Assembly (NCBI GenBank): GCA_964291655.2
Contig: OZ219802.1
Coordinates: forward strand, 2,016,001 to 2,080,000
Origin: Chloroflexota bacterium
GTDB taxonomy: Bacteria; Chloroflexota; UBA11872; VXOZ01
DNA length: 64,000 bases
Direction: 5' to 3'
Part shown: positions 9,738-20,019 of the stretch, one piece after another
Layout: every line of letters begins with the position of its first letter
How positions within the stretch are numbered: the first letter of the stretch is position 1
Notes under the pieces: generated by a model
What the model saw: the letters and a program-made list of their open reading frames with translations, nothing else
Told to the model about the DNA's origin: nothing
The model's database searches: none
Made by a program: the position numbers and the translations under genes

Positions 9738-10688
9738 CTATGCTTCCACGTCCTGCACATCCAGTAGCCGCACGTGCGCTCGCGTTGCTGCCGCCTCGGC
9801 CGTGTTGGTGAGCGGCCCGTTCACCACCAGCACACCCACTTTGTATTTGTCCTCTTCCAAGGCCGCGACCAGCTCTTCAACCTCATCCGCGGACACCGGC
9901 GATTCCGGCACGACGCGCACGGCCAGGAAGCGCAAGCCTCTTTCCAGCGTCAGGGCAGCCGCTCCCTCAGCTTGCTCATCATCCAGGCGCACGGCATATC
10001 CCTGCCGGCGCAGGCCACGCACCGCAGATTCCAGCAGCGAGGCGCGCAGCGATGCCTGGGGAGTCTTGGCAACCGCTGTCAGCGCTTTCAGCAAGTCCTG
10101 GTGAATCCAGTGCTCTTGGGGCGTGGGGCCGATTTCTGCCGGCGGTTTTTCCAGGTACCGTTCCGCGCGAAAGTTCGCGCCGCAGTAGCACATGAGGGCG
10201 AACGCAAGCGGAATACCCACGATACTTCCCACCGACGTAAAGAAAGCCAGCCAAAGCCACAGACCCTTCACCCGCATGCCGTGGGCCACGTACCAGCCGC
10301 CGGTAAGCAAGAAGGCCCCCCACTGCCACCGGGCCGGCACCAGCGGTGCTTGCCCGTTCGCCTCGCACCAGTGGCGGTAGGCGTCGCCGCGAAACGACGC
10401 GGCGCAATAGGAGCCGACGAGCGACCAGAGCACCAGCGCCGCAACTGCCGCAGGCAGCGCTGCCGTCTCGAACGGCGACTGGCGGAAGATAAACACTGCG
10501 TTAATCAGCGCGAGCAATACCACCACGCTCTGTGGCACGAGCAGAACGCGCCCCTTGCCGGTGATGCCTTCCCGCAGGTACCAAAACGCGCCCAGCGCAA
10601 ATGCGGCCAAGCTCCAGCCGTTGGGCGGCAGAGGCGGCCAAGCTTGTGCGCTATCTGCGTTCGATTGTTCCATGGCAGCGATCTGCAT
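9738..10688 (-). CDS. Membrane protein with two DUF2628-like repeats and a C-terminal Mrr-like restriction-endonuclease-fold domain
   Basis: WSLAAFALGAFWY and WQWGAFLLTGGWY repeats; LRRQGYAV...VSADEVEEL...GVLVVNGPLTNTA...VRLLD resembles Mrr_cat; start may be 10673. Confidence 0.65.
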   Translation of the reverse strand: MQIAAMEQSNADSAQAWPPLPPNGWSLAAFALGAFWYLREGITGKGRVLLVPQSVVVLLALINAVFIFRQSPFETAALPAAVAALVLWSLVGSYCAASFRGDAYRHWCEANGQAPLVPARWQWGAFLLTGGWYVAHGMRVKGLWLWLAFFTSVGSIVGIPLAFALMCYCGANFRAERYLEKPPAEIGPTPQEHWIHQDLLKALTAVAKTPQASLRASLLESAVRGLRRQGYAVRLDDEQAEGAAALTLERGLRFLAVRVVPESPVSADEVEELVAALEEDKYKVGVLVVNGPLTNTAEAAATRAHVRLLDVQDVEA

Positions 10689-11500
10689 TTAGCTCCGCGG
10701 ATATTTCTCTGTCGGGTTGTACCCTTACGGTAACAGTAAGCGATTGCTTCCGTCTGCGCCCATAGCAATTTCAATTGACGAATAGCGTTTCGGACCGAAG
10801 TGACAGACGAATCAGCCCATCGCTGCCAGCTTGACGCCCTGCAGCGGTCAGCCGTTTCGCCCCACCACCGTACCTTGCACACCCATCCCTTTGCGGCAGG
10901 ATGCACGCAATTTGGCGTTGCCGAACACCACTTGAACCAAAGCGGCGAGGCTTGAGACACAATTTCGCAGTTCCGGTCGAGCAACTGGACCTACAAGCTG
11001 CGCCAACTTCCTACAAGATTCGCCACAGGTATGTCCTGCTCAGTCGCATCGACTGCATTGTGAAGGATGTAGGGCTTACATGGGGGCACCTTGGCCCTCT
11101 GGCGACACCGATATTGCGGTACAGTTACCCTGTTGAACTCCAACTATCAAGCAGTTTGCGGCCAGCCTTGTGACAATAGTAACAGGCCAATCGATAGACG
11201 TAGACCTTGTCAATACCCCGATATGTTTGGTGTACGAAAGAGGGGGTATTATGCAAACTCTACGGCTTTGCATGTAAAGTCAAGAGAGACCCCAGACCTG
11301 TCAACCCCGTATGTTGTGCAGTATGCACAGATTCAGCAACCGCTGAGTATCGTTGTGCTGCATAGCATTGCTGCCCACCACGTTGAGATACTGCCGAAAA
11401 GCGAATTCTTATCAATCTCTTAGGAAACTTTGCAGGGTTGAATTCGTGCAAAAAGCGACTTTTCCCTGTTATGGCGCGCATCAATCGCATTTGCAGAAGC

Positions 11501-11556
11501 TTGACAGCAGCCGCCAATATTAGATATCCTTGACCTGCATGTGAAATTGCACACAA
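11501..11556 (+). promoter_or_regulatory. sigma70 promoter with downstream CRP/Rex-like operator
   Basis: TTGACA(11501)-18bp-TATCCT(11525); TGTGA-N6-ACACA at 11540-11555. Confidence 0.55.
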
Positions 11557-11691
11557 AGTGACAAATCGTGTCAATTTAGGAGCAAGGCAGAGGTTACCGG
11601 AGTAGTTGGTGCGCTTGCGCAGCTTGTTCGTGTGCAGCATGCGTTCGGTTCTCTTTTGGGTATTCGTGTTCAGTTTCTGCTGGAGGTTCCG

Positions 11692-12162
11692 ATGGAGGCA
11701 ACAGTTCAAGTTCTTACCTGTGCGCGCTGCGAGACCGATATTACCGGTCAGCGTGACGGTAAATCCAAGCGCGCCGGCCTGTGTGCGCGTTGCGGCCGCG
11801 CCGAGCGGCTCTCTACGTATTTCAAGCGTTACTATCAAAGCAACAAGGACAAGATTCTGGAGAAGAATCGCAGGTGGGCGCGGGAGAATAAGGAGCGTGT
11901 CGCCGAGTTGCGCCGCATCCGCTTGAGCAAGCAGCCCAAGAAGCCCAAGGAACCGAAGTTCTGCATCGATTGCGGCACAGTTGTGCAGCGTGCGTTGCGC
12001 TGTCGCAAGTGCTACGTGCGTAACAAGTACCACACGGACGATGAGTATCGCCGCAAGCGCCTTATCACGACCAAGCGCTGGGCCCAGAAGAAGCGGGAAG
12101 AAGCCCGCCTCTACAAGATGGTCGATTCGGCGGAGACTGAGGCGCAACCGGTAGGACGCTAG
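11692..12162 (+). CDS. Hypothetical highly basic protein with four CxxC motifs (double Zn-ribbon)
   Basis: GGAGG RBS at 11682; CARC, CARC, CIDC, CRKC; K/R-rich helices; followed by a terminator. Confidence 0.85.
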   Translation: MEATVQVLTCARCETDITGQRDGKSKRAGLCARCGRAERLSTYFKRYYQSNKDKILEKNRRWARENKERVAELRRIRLSKQPKKPKEPKFCIDCGTVVQRALRCRKCYVRNKYHTDDEYRRKRLITTKRWAQKKREEARLYKMVDSAETEAQPVGR

Positions 12163-12212
12163 AAGAGTAGACTGAGAGTCTGCCGTCGGTTTTGCTGAAG
12201 AGTGTGAGATTC

Positions 12213-12246
12213 AAGAAGCCGCGAGCGCATGCGCTCGCGGCTTCTT
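12213..12246. terminator. Perfect 34-bp palindrome, probable bidirectional terminator
   Basis: AAGAAGCCGCGAGCGCATGCGCTCGCGGCTTCTT. Confidence 0.75.
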
Positions 12247-12403
12247 CATTTGCGCAGATGGATGGACACGGGCAACACGCCCAGGCTCATGAGAGGACAC
12301 CAAGCCTACATACTGCCAGGGAGTATGTGATCGAAACAGAGGGTAGCGGCGCGGCAGTCACAGATAGTACGCCACGAACGCATGCCTAGCTTACGCCAAG
12401 TAA

Positions 12404-12434
12404 GAGAAGGATCGTGGATTCCACGATCCTTCTC
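12404..12434 (-). terminator. Hairpin downstream of the tRNA pair
   Basis: GAGAAGGATCGTGG-ATT-CCACGATCCTTCTC, 14-bp stem. Confidence 0.65.
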
Positions 12435-12483
12435 GCGCTGCCAATTATCCGAAGCCGCTGCCGGGCAGCGCTTCTAAGGGGGG

Positions 12484-12558
12484 CGGTCCCGACCGGATTC
12501 GAACCGGCGATCTCAGCCTTGACAGGGCCGTGTGTTAGGCCAACTACACCACGGGACC
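12484..12558 (-). tRNA. tRNA-Asp(GTC)
   Basis: GGTCCCG acceptor stem, anticodon loop CT-GTC-AA, GTTCGAATC T-loop; CCA not encoded. Confidence 0.96.
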
Positions 12559-12592
12559 AAAGCGTTCTCTATCACGCGGAGAACTATCGCGG

Positions 12593-12676
12593 TGGGCCGG
12601 GGAGGATTCGAACCTCCGTAGCCATTACGGCGCCAGATTTACAGTCTGGTGGTTTTGACCGCTCGCCCACCGACCC
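12593..12676 (-). tRNA. tRNA-Tyr(GTA)
   Basis: GGGTCGG acceptor stem, CT-GTA-AA loop, long variable arm, GTTCGAATC; CCA not encoded. Confidence 0.96.
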
Positions 12677-12744
12677 ATAAATCAGGCAGCAAGCAGGTAT
12701 ACGCTCATACCTGGATTCAGTATAGCAGTGAATACCCCTCTTTG

Positions 12745-13635
12745 TCACCTTGTTTTCGCCCCGCTCTGCGCTGTTAACCACTCCTCATATGCGGCGCGAA
12801 ATCGCTGCGTGACCGGGCCCGGAACGCCGGCGCCAAGCGGCCGTCCGTCTACGGCGCTTACCGGCATTATGCCCATGAGGGCGTTCGTCAGAAAGACCTC
12901 GTCAGCCTGGAACAACGCTGCCTCGTCGAGCCGCGAGACATTGACGCCGCACTGCAGCTTCTGTGCCAGTTCTCCACACACCAGAGCGCGTATCGTACCC
13001 GGCAACGCGCCGTCTGCAACCGGTGGCGTGCGTAAGCGACCTGCTTGCACGCAAAAGACATTCGCGGTTGTGGCGCACACCACGCTGCCTTGCGTGTTGA
13101 GCAGCAAGGCCTCATCGGCGTCTTTCTCCATCGCTTCTTGGCAGGCGACAACATTGTCCAGATTGCACAGCGACTTGACGCGGGACAGGGGCGACTGCTC
13201 ATTCCGGCGTACTCTGCGGCTGACTATCACTTGCATCCCGTTGCGATAGAGGTGGGCCGGGTAAGGAGCGAAGGGCGTGGCGCGAATGAGGAGTGTCGGT
13301 AGGGTGTCGCCTGGCGGCAGGAGACCCCGCGTGGCACTGGTCCCGCGCGTAACCGTGAGGCGGACGGTGGCTTCGCACAGGTTGTTGGCGTGCAGCGTCC
13401 GGTCGATCGCTTCGCGCAGTTCATCCAAGGTCCAGGGCAACGCAAGTCCAAGCGCTTGTGCTCCGCCGCGCAGCCGTTCCCAGTGCCGATCCCACTGCAG
13501 CACGCGCCCGCGCACAACGCGCATTGTCTCGAATAGCCCGTCCCCAAGCAGCAAACCCCGGTCAAGCGGCGAGACCGCATCGGAGCTTTCTGGCACGAGT
13601 TGCCCGTTCACATAGCATATGGGTTTGCCGCTCAT
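12745..13635 (-). CDS. Class IV PLP aminotransferase (IlvE/PabC-like)
   Basis: DRGLLLGDGLFETMR, HWERL, VKSL, DEALLLN, GALPGTIR, ADEVFLTN. Confidence 0.92.
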   Translation of the reverse strand: MSGKPICYVNGQLVPESSDAVSPLDRGLLLGDGLFETMRVVRGRVLQWDRHWERLRGGAQALGLALPWTLDELREAIDRTLHANNLCEATVRLTVTRGTSATRGLLPPGDTLPTLLIRATPFAPYPAHLYRNGMQVIVSRRVRRNEQSPLSRVKSLCNLDNVVACQEAMEKDADEALLLNTQGSVVCATTANVFCVQAGRLRTPPVADGALPGTIRALVCGELAQKLQCGVNVSRLDEAALFQADEVFLTNALMGIMPVSAVDGRPLGAGVPGPVTQRFRAAYEEWLTAQSGAKTR

Positions 13636-14227
13636 ACGTGCTTCCTTGCCGCACGAAATCCGCGCTCTTGCCACCAATATACCCTTGCTCAACATCCGCC
13701 CGAAGCACGAGAGGTCTCCGCTCTCCTTGGGGAGAGAGGGCCGCCGCGAAAGGATCCTGGCTGGTACGGTTCATCATCCCTACGGAGACTCTGCGGCCTG
13801 TGTGAAACAGGCAAGACTACGGAAACTCTCCCTCGCCTCCCGTTTCGCGTGCGGGGCGGGCAGCTAGTGCTCACCCGCCGGAGCGCCTTGCATGACCCTT
13901 GCCCAGGCGAGATAGCCCCCTCTCTCCCTCCTGCTGGGCGAGAGTCGGGCTGGGGGGATTTAGAACGGCTTCACGGCTACTACCTACCCCCCCCTCCTGG
14001 ATTCCGGCTTGCGCCGGAATGACGGATGTTTTCAAAGTCCTCCTCGACAGGAGAGGGTTAGAGCCTGGTCCGTACTCGATCCAGCGTTTCGACACGAAAC
14101 GGGGGTGAGGGTGAATCTCCTAAAATCTCTCCGAATGCAAATCGATTCTGTTCTCATATGACTTTACACGTCACAAATCAAAGGGACATTGTAGCTGCGA
14201 GTCCCCCTCACCCCAGCCCTCTCCCCC

Positions 14228-14515
14228 TGTACAGACCGGGGACATAGGTAACAGTTGTTCGGGGACATGGGTTACACATTTTACTGATTGACACCTACGA
14301 GAGCATTGGGTTGGTCCGGGTTTGATAAGAGACTGGCGACACAGTGCACTCACTTTCCGCCTGTCAGCTTGTGCCAGAGAAACAAACAGTGTGCATAAGG
14401 ATATTGAGTGGATCTAACTTTCAAGGCAAGGACATCGCATACTACGAAAACCCCCTCGTTCTATGGTGTTACCTATGAGCCCGAACAACTGTTACCCATG
14501 TCCCCGGTCTATACA
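14228..14515. mobile_element. Non-autonomous IS481-type MITE (family B), 288 bp
   Basis: TGTACAGACCGGG...CCGGTCTATACA ends matching the IS481 at 8147; TSD CCCCC; inside a CCCTCTCC..GGAGAGGG palindrome. Confidence 0.9.
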
Positions 14516-14731
14516 CCCCCAAGGAGAGGGAGGTATTCTCGCCTGCAAGTGAGTTTCGCAATGGCCTCCGCTGGGGGAGGAGACTTTCGCGCCTCGGCAA
14601 AGTTCTTGCACGAGTCTCCTGCGGGAGAGGGGGCCTTTAATCCAACAGAAGTCTGTTTATTTCCGCCGCGTCGTGCTGATGGCTTGGCCCCCGCAGGAGG
14701 ATGCGTTCTCAGGTAGTGCCTCCACCGAGAA

Positions 14732-15961
14732 CTATGAATATACTGCCTGCAGTTGGTCCACGTTTCGTTGCACCTTGGCGATGGCGGCAGCGATGTCATC
14801 CATGGCGCTCTGGTCGGCGAGAAGCGTGGTCTGGCCGATCCAGGCCGCTTCCTCGTGGCACAGCCGCTCGGTGACCGGACACGGCTCAGCGCGAAAACCG
14901 CCGATTGAGCCTTTCACCGAGCCGTCGGACTTATCGAACATGGGGTTGTCATACAGCGGCCACGGGTAGCCGCTGGACATGCCGATGCCCTCCGCCTGCA
15001 CCGCCTGCAGGAAGGTCTCACGGTCGGTGCCGAACTCCTCGGCATCCAGACGCATGGGATAGATGTGGTAGCCGTGCTGCGTAACCTCCGGCGCAAGCGC
15101 CTGCACGGTAAGACCTGGGACTTCCTCAAGCATACTGGAGAGATACGCTGCGTTCCGGTTGCGCCGTTTCGTGTGCTCGTCGAGCCGCTCGAGTTGCGGC
15201 AGGCAAACAGCCGCTTGAAACTCGTTCATGGGGTAGGCCTGGCCGAGCTCGTGGTGCTCGTACCACGGGCGGCCGTTCTTGCGGCCAAAGCACGCCAGCG
15301 TGTAGAAGCAGCGTTCCCATTGGGCTTCGTTGTCGGTAGTCGCCAGGCCGCCTTCGCCGCAGGTCATGTTCTTGGCCTGGTTGAAGCTGTAGGAATTCAG
15401 GTCGCCCCAGCCGCCCACTTTCTTGCCGGCCCATTCGGTGCCGTGAGCGTGGGCGCAATCAACGATGACGGCGAGGTCGTGAGCCTTTGCAATGGCGCCA
15501 AGTTCGTCAATCTGTGCCGGGTAGCCGCCAAAGTGCACGGGTATGATGGCGCGGGTGCGGGGCGTGATGGCAGCGGCCACTGCCGCCGGATCGAGACAGA
15601 GCGAGTTGGGGTCTACGTCGGCAAACACCACGTCAGCGCCGACGTACATGGGCGCAAAAGCCGTGGCCATGAAGGTGAAGGCCGGCACGATCACCTCGTC
15701 GCCGGGTCCAATGTCAAAAGCCCGCAGGCCGATGTCCAGGCCCGCCGTGCAGCTCGTAAGCGGTATCCCAAACAAGGCGTCGTGGTAGTCGCAGAAACGC
15801 GCGTTGAGTTCCATTACCATCGGGCCGTGGGCCGTGCCGCCCCATCGGCTGCTCTCCAGCACCTGGTGCAAGAGTTCCTCTTCTCGCTCACCGTGCTGAG
15901 GCCAGGAAGGGAACTTTGTCGTACATACCGGCGTGCCGCCGCGTATCGCTAATTTCTCCAT
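14732..15961 (-). CDS. DegT/DnrJ/EryC1/StrS family PLP aminotransferase
   Basis: GDEVIVPAFTFMAT, AIIPVHFGG, DCAHAHG, SFNQAKNMTCGEGG. Confidence 0.94.
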   Translation of the reverse strand: MEKLAIRGGTPVCTTKFPSWPQHGEREEELLHQVLESSRWGGTAHGPMVMELNARFCDYHDALFGIPLTSCTAGLDIGLRAFDIGPGDEVIVPAFTFMATAFAPMYVGADVVFADVDPNSLCLDPAAVAAAITPRTRAIIPVHFGGYPAQIDELGAIAKAHDLAVIVDCAHAHGTEWAGKKVGGWGDLNSYSFNQAKNMTCGEGGLATTDNEAQWERCFYTLACFGRKNGRPWYEHHELGQAYPMNEFQAAVCLPQLERLDEHTKRRNRNAAYLSSMLEEVPGLTVQALAPEVTQHGYHIYPMRLDAEEFGTDRETFLQAVQAEGIGMSSGYPWPLYDNPMFDKSDGSVKGSIGGFRAEPCPVTERLCHEEAAWIGQTTLLADQSAMDDIAAAIAKVQRNVDQLQAVYS

Positions 15962-16322
15962 AGACTTTCTTTTCTCCTGATTCTCAGCGCCCATTGCGTG
16001 TGGGTGTGTCGCACACCAGGCGCGCACGGCGCGACCAGCGCCCAGCATTTGGTGATTTCACCATGCCGCCCCTGCGAGGGCAGTCGTATCCCCGCGCGCT
16101 TCTCTTGTTTCCCTATCTTAGCCTAATCATGTTCCAGGTACGAGACTTGGCTTGGTGGGGCGAGACAGGCGGTTGAGGACGCAATGCTGATAGCTGCGCA
16201 GATTGACTCTTTCCGTTCAAATACGGCAACGCAACATCAGCGACGTGTTCCATTCGTATTCTTCCTCAATTGGGCACGGAAGCGGGGGGCAAGCCCCCGC
16301 GCTACGAAGAAGATGTCATTCC

Positions 16323-16564
16323 TGTAAGTGTTGAGTAATTCGTTGACAGAATTGAGAACAAAAGCAACCTTTCGCAGTGTTAGACATGACTAGTACACAT
16401 GTCATTCCGAACGAAGCGCAGCGAAGAGAGGAATCTAGTGTGCTGAAGCCGTTAAAGTGCGTTGAGCAGGGACCCTAGATTCCTCGCTCCGCTCGGAATG
16501 ACATGCACCGTCAACTCCTCAGAATGGAAAGCGGATTCTGTCAGCGATTTACCTGACACTTACA
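16323..16564. mobile_element. TGTAAG...CTTACA MITE (family C), copy 1
   Basis: Imperfect ~28-bp TIRs; preceded by GTC-ATTCC and followed by ATTTCC-GAGCG; internal GTCATTCCG...CGGAATGAC doublet. Confidence 0.8.
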
Positions 16565-16792
16565 ATTTCCGAGCGGAGCGTCGAACAGGGTTCGCGGAAT
16601 CTAAGGTGCTTCCCCCACAAGTTTCGCTGCTATTTGGGAACGGTATGCACTACTCGTGCCGTTTGTGATGAATGGTCAAGGGGCAAAGGGCAATAAGGCG
16701 TGAGAGGTTGAGCGCAAGGCTGATTAAGGTCTACGATAGGAATGAGTTCTCTCATTACGTCTCGATGATAATTTGCAAAGAGGCACACTGTC

Positions 16793-17512
16793 ATGGCAAC
16801 AAGAATAGGCTTCATCACCGACGTGCATGGCAATGCGCCGGCGCTGCGGGCCGTGCTGGCGGAACTGGCGCGGGAGGACGACCTGTCCCACATCTACGGC
16901 GCAGGCGACCTGATCGGCATTGGACCGTACACCAATGAGGCGCTGGAACTGCTGTTCGGAATGCCTAGTTTCTCAAGTGTCGCGGGTAATCACGAAGACT
17001 GTATCCTGGCGCTGTTGGCCGGTGAAGTGCCCAACAGTCCGCCGGGAATGGCAGAACATCACCAGTGGGTTGCAAATGAACTTGACCGCCGCTTCGTGCC
17101 GCAGTTGACAGCACTGCCCTGCATGCTGTCGCCGCAACATGGCGACCTGGAGCTCTTCATCGCTCACTACCACCTGGATGCGGCGCAGAAGCTGCTGCCG
17201 ATAGACCCGGAGCCCACGTTGGCAAAGCTCGACGCGCACTATGGCGAACATCCTGCCGCCGCGGTCCTCACCGGCCACCACCACGACGGCCACTTCTTTG
17301 CAAGGCCGGGGCGCACATTCTTGAATCCTGGCGCACTCGGTTGCGGTACACAACCCGTGGCGCGGTACGCCGTGCTAACACTCGGAGAAGAAGGCATTGG
17401 CGTCGAACGGCGCGAGGTGGCGTACGATTGGGAGTGTTTTCTCCATGCGTACCGTGAGCGTAACGTGCCGGGTGGAGATTTTATCTTAGAACGCGTATTC
17501 GGACAGGCGTGA
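16793..17512 (+). CDS. Calcineurin-like metallophosphoesterase family protein
   Basis: DVHGN, GDLIG, GNHE, GHHH, NPGALG motifs. Confidence 0.92.
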   Translation: MATRIGFITDVHGNAPALRAVLAELAREDDLSHIYGAGDLIGIGPYTNEALELLFGMPSFSSVAGNHEDCILALLAGEVPNSPPGMAEHHQWVANELDRRFVPQLTALPCMLSPQHGDLELFIAHYHLDAAQKLLPIDPEPTLAKLDAHYGEHPAAAVLTGHHHDGHFFARPGRTFLNPGALGCGTQPVARYAVLTLGEEGIGVERREVAYDWECFLHAYRERNVPGGDFILERVFGQA

Positions 17513-17759
17513 GAGTGCGAAGCGACCCTTTTCGTGGAATGCTGAGCAGTCGGACTTTGAACTAAGCAGTGAAGGTGGATTCCGCGCCCCCGTGCGGTGC
17601 GAACTTGCGCGGGAATCACCATGGCCTTCCGAGAGTCCACATTAGGGATAGAAACTGCGGTCGCCTTTTTGACCGTCATTCCGGCGAAAGCCGGAATCCA
17701 GGGCGCGGGCGGTGAAGATGGATTCCGCCGCTCGAGCGGAGGCGAGCTTGCGCGGGAAT

Positions 17760-18177
17760 TGTAAGTGTCAGGTGATTGGTTGACAGATTTGGTAGGCATT
17801 GTCGGTGGTACCAACGTCATGTTTGACCACATCACATGTCATTCCGAACGAAGCGCAGCGCAGAGAGGAATCTAAAGTGCTAAGCCAAACAGACACGCTC
17901 GACGTGAACACTAGATTCCGCGAACTCTGTTCGACACTGCGCTCGGAATGACATTAGTTGTCAACGCAATCTAGAAGTCAGGAGAATCTGTCAACGAATT
18001 AGTCAGCATTTACAAATCCGAACGAAGCGAAGTGAAGTAAGGAGTCTAAGATGTTGCGCCTTTTACGCGACATGTAGCATGGGCCCTAGATTCCTCGCTG
18101 CGCTTGGAATGACATGAACTGTCAATACATCAAGTGGAAGGGGAAGGGTCTTAGCAACGAATTGCTCAATATTTACA
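17760..18177. mobile_element. Family C MITE, compound copy with one left end and two right ends (18014, 18177)
   Basis: TGTAAGTGTCAGG at 17760; ...ATTTACA at 18014 and 18177; flanks GGAAT / GGAGT-GACGG. Confidence 0.7.
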
Positions 18178-18301
18178 GGAGTGACGGACTACCGCACGAA
18201 ATGACAGGATGGATACCATTCTGCTTTGACGGAGTGTGATGAAAGCAAGAGTACACCGCTGCCGCAGCAACGTGAAATCGCAGTAGACGAAAGGACCGCA
18301 T

Positions 18302-19717
18302 ATGGCAAATGAAGAAACCCGCACCGAGCGGGATTCGATGGGTGAAATGGAAGTGCCCGCCGATGCGTATTACGGCGCCTCGACGCAGCGGGCGGTGCTG
18401 AATTTTCCCATCAGCGACTTGCGCTTTCCGCGCCGGTTCATCCAGGCGCTCGGCTTGATCAAGCAGAAGGCGGCGGAGACGAATCAAGAGCTTGGTCTAC
18501 TGGACGAAAGACCGGCGGGCGCCATCATGCAGGCGGCGCAGGAAGTGGCGGACGGCGCGCTGGACGGCGAATTCGTGCTCGATATCTTCCAGACCGGCTC
18601 CGGCACGTCCACCAACATGAACGCCAATGAGGTCATCGCCAACCGTGCGGTGGAGATTCTGGGAGAAGAGCGCGGCTCCCGCACGATCCATCCGAACGAC
18701 CACGTGAACATCTGCCAGTCGTCCAACGACGTGATTCCGGCGGCGATGCATCTGTCGGCGCTCCTGGGCATCCGCGAAGACCTGATCCCGGCATTGGCAC
18801 ACCTGCAACGCGCCCTAGTAGCCAAATCTGAAGAATTCATGCCAATCATCAAGACCGGCCGCACGCACTTGCAGGACGCCACGCCCATCCGCCTGGGGCA
18901 GGAGTTCCAGGGCTACGCCGGGCAGATCGAGCGGGCGATCAAGCACCTGCGCCACGCCGAGGACTGGTTGGGCGAAATTGCGCTCGGCGGCACGGCGGTG
19001 GGCACCGGCATCAACGCGCACCCCGAGTTTGCGCGCCGCGTCTGCGCCAAGCTGCGCGCCGCGACGGGCTACCATATCCGCGAGACTGAGAACCACTTCC
19101 AGGCCCAGAGCGCCATCGATACGTTCGTGATGACGAGCGGCATGCTCAATACCGTGGCCGTGGCGTTGCTCAAGATCGCCAACGACATCCGCTGGCTGGG
19201 ATCGGGTCCGCGCGCCGGGCTCGGCGAACTGCTGCTGCCGGAGGTGCAGCCGGGGAGCAGCATCATGCCCGGCAAGGTGAATCCGGTCATTCCCGAATCG
19301 GTGATCCAGGTCTGCGCGCAGGCCATGGGCAACCACCACGTGGTGACCCTGTCCGGCCAGTGGGGGTATTTCGAGCTCAATACCATGCTGCCGGTGGCGA
19401 CGTATAACGTCTTGCGACCCATTGGCCTGCTCAGCAAGGCGGCGGCGAACTTTGCCGACCAGTGCGTAAGCGGAATCCAGGCAACGGAACACGGCCCCGC
19501 CACCGTGGAGCGCGGCCTCATGACGGCCACGGCCTTGGCCCCACTCGTGGGCTACGACCAGGCTGCCGTGATCGCCAAGACTGCGTACGCCGAGAATAAG
19601 ACGGTTCGCGAAGTCGCCAAAGAGCTCACCGACCTCACCGACGCGCAACTTGACGAGGCGCTAGATCCGGCCAAGATGGTGCAACCGGGATTGAGCGGCA
19701 TCGCGGCGGGGGGATAG
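18302..19717 (+). CDS. fumC: Class II fumarate hydratase
   Basis: RTERDSMG, FQTGSGTSTNMN, QSSND, GRTHLQDATP, GSSIMPGKVNP. Confidence 0.95.
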   Translation: MANEETRTERDSMGEMEVPADAYYGASTQRAVLNFPISDLRFPRRFIQALGLIKQKAAETNQELGLLDERPAGAIMQAAQEVADGALDGEFVLDIFQTGSGTSTNMNANEVIANRAVEILGEERGSRTIHPNDHVNICQSSNDVIPAAMHLSALLGIREDLIPALAHLQRALVAKSEEFMPIIKTGRTHLQDATPIRLGQEFQGYAGQIERAIKHLRHAEDWLGEIALGGTAVGTGINAHPEFARRVCAKLRAATGYHIRETENHFQAQSAIDTFVMTSGMLNTVAVALLKIANDIRWLGSGPRAGLGELLLPEVQPGSSIMPGKVNPVIPESVIQVCAQAMGNHHVVTLSGQWGYFELNTMLPVATYNVLRPIGLLSKAAANFADQCVSGIQATEHGPATVERGLMTATALAPLVGYDQAAVIAKTAYAENKTVREVAKELTDLTDAQLDEALDPAKMVQPGLSGIAAGG

Positions 19718-19988
19718 TATAGAGACACGCAGACCCTAGCCACGTTGCAAAGACATGGGGGTGAGTTGCAGATAGCGGTTGTACAAACCTGGCCCAACGA
19801 TGTCTGCGTGATTGGGTGCTCAAGGCTGCTAACATCAAGTTGTGCTTAGCCGCACAGGCCCCTACAAGAACTTGGTCATCCAAGCACTCGACTACCTTCG
19901 AGACGAGATTCGCACTTACTCGATACGTTTCTCAGCAATACGGAGGAGATGCTCGCCGACGGTGACTTCATGCTCTATGGGTCTTGCC

Positions 19989-20013
19989 GAGTGTACTGTG
20001 ATACCGTACACTC
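19989..20013 (+). promoter_or_regulatory. Inverted repeat, probable HigA operator
   Basis: GAGTGTAC-N9-GTACACTC ending 6 bp before the higB start. Confidence 0.65.
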
Positions 20014-20019
20014 AACTGT

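Noticed and set aside
10689-11691. oriC
   Set aside because: No clustered TTATCCACA-type DnaA boxes and no dnaA/dnaN nearby.
12484-12676. Prophage or integrative element at the tRNAs
   Set aside because: No integrase and no duplicated tRNA 3' end seen in the window.
14371-14478. Conserved peptide inside family B MITEs
   Set aside because: A short frame looks similar in both copies, but upstream it shifts and hits a stop in the 49.5-kb copy, and the ends differ.
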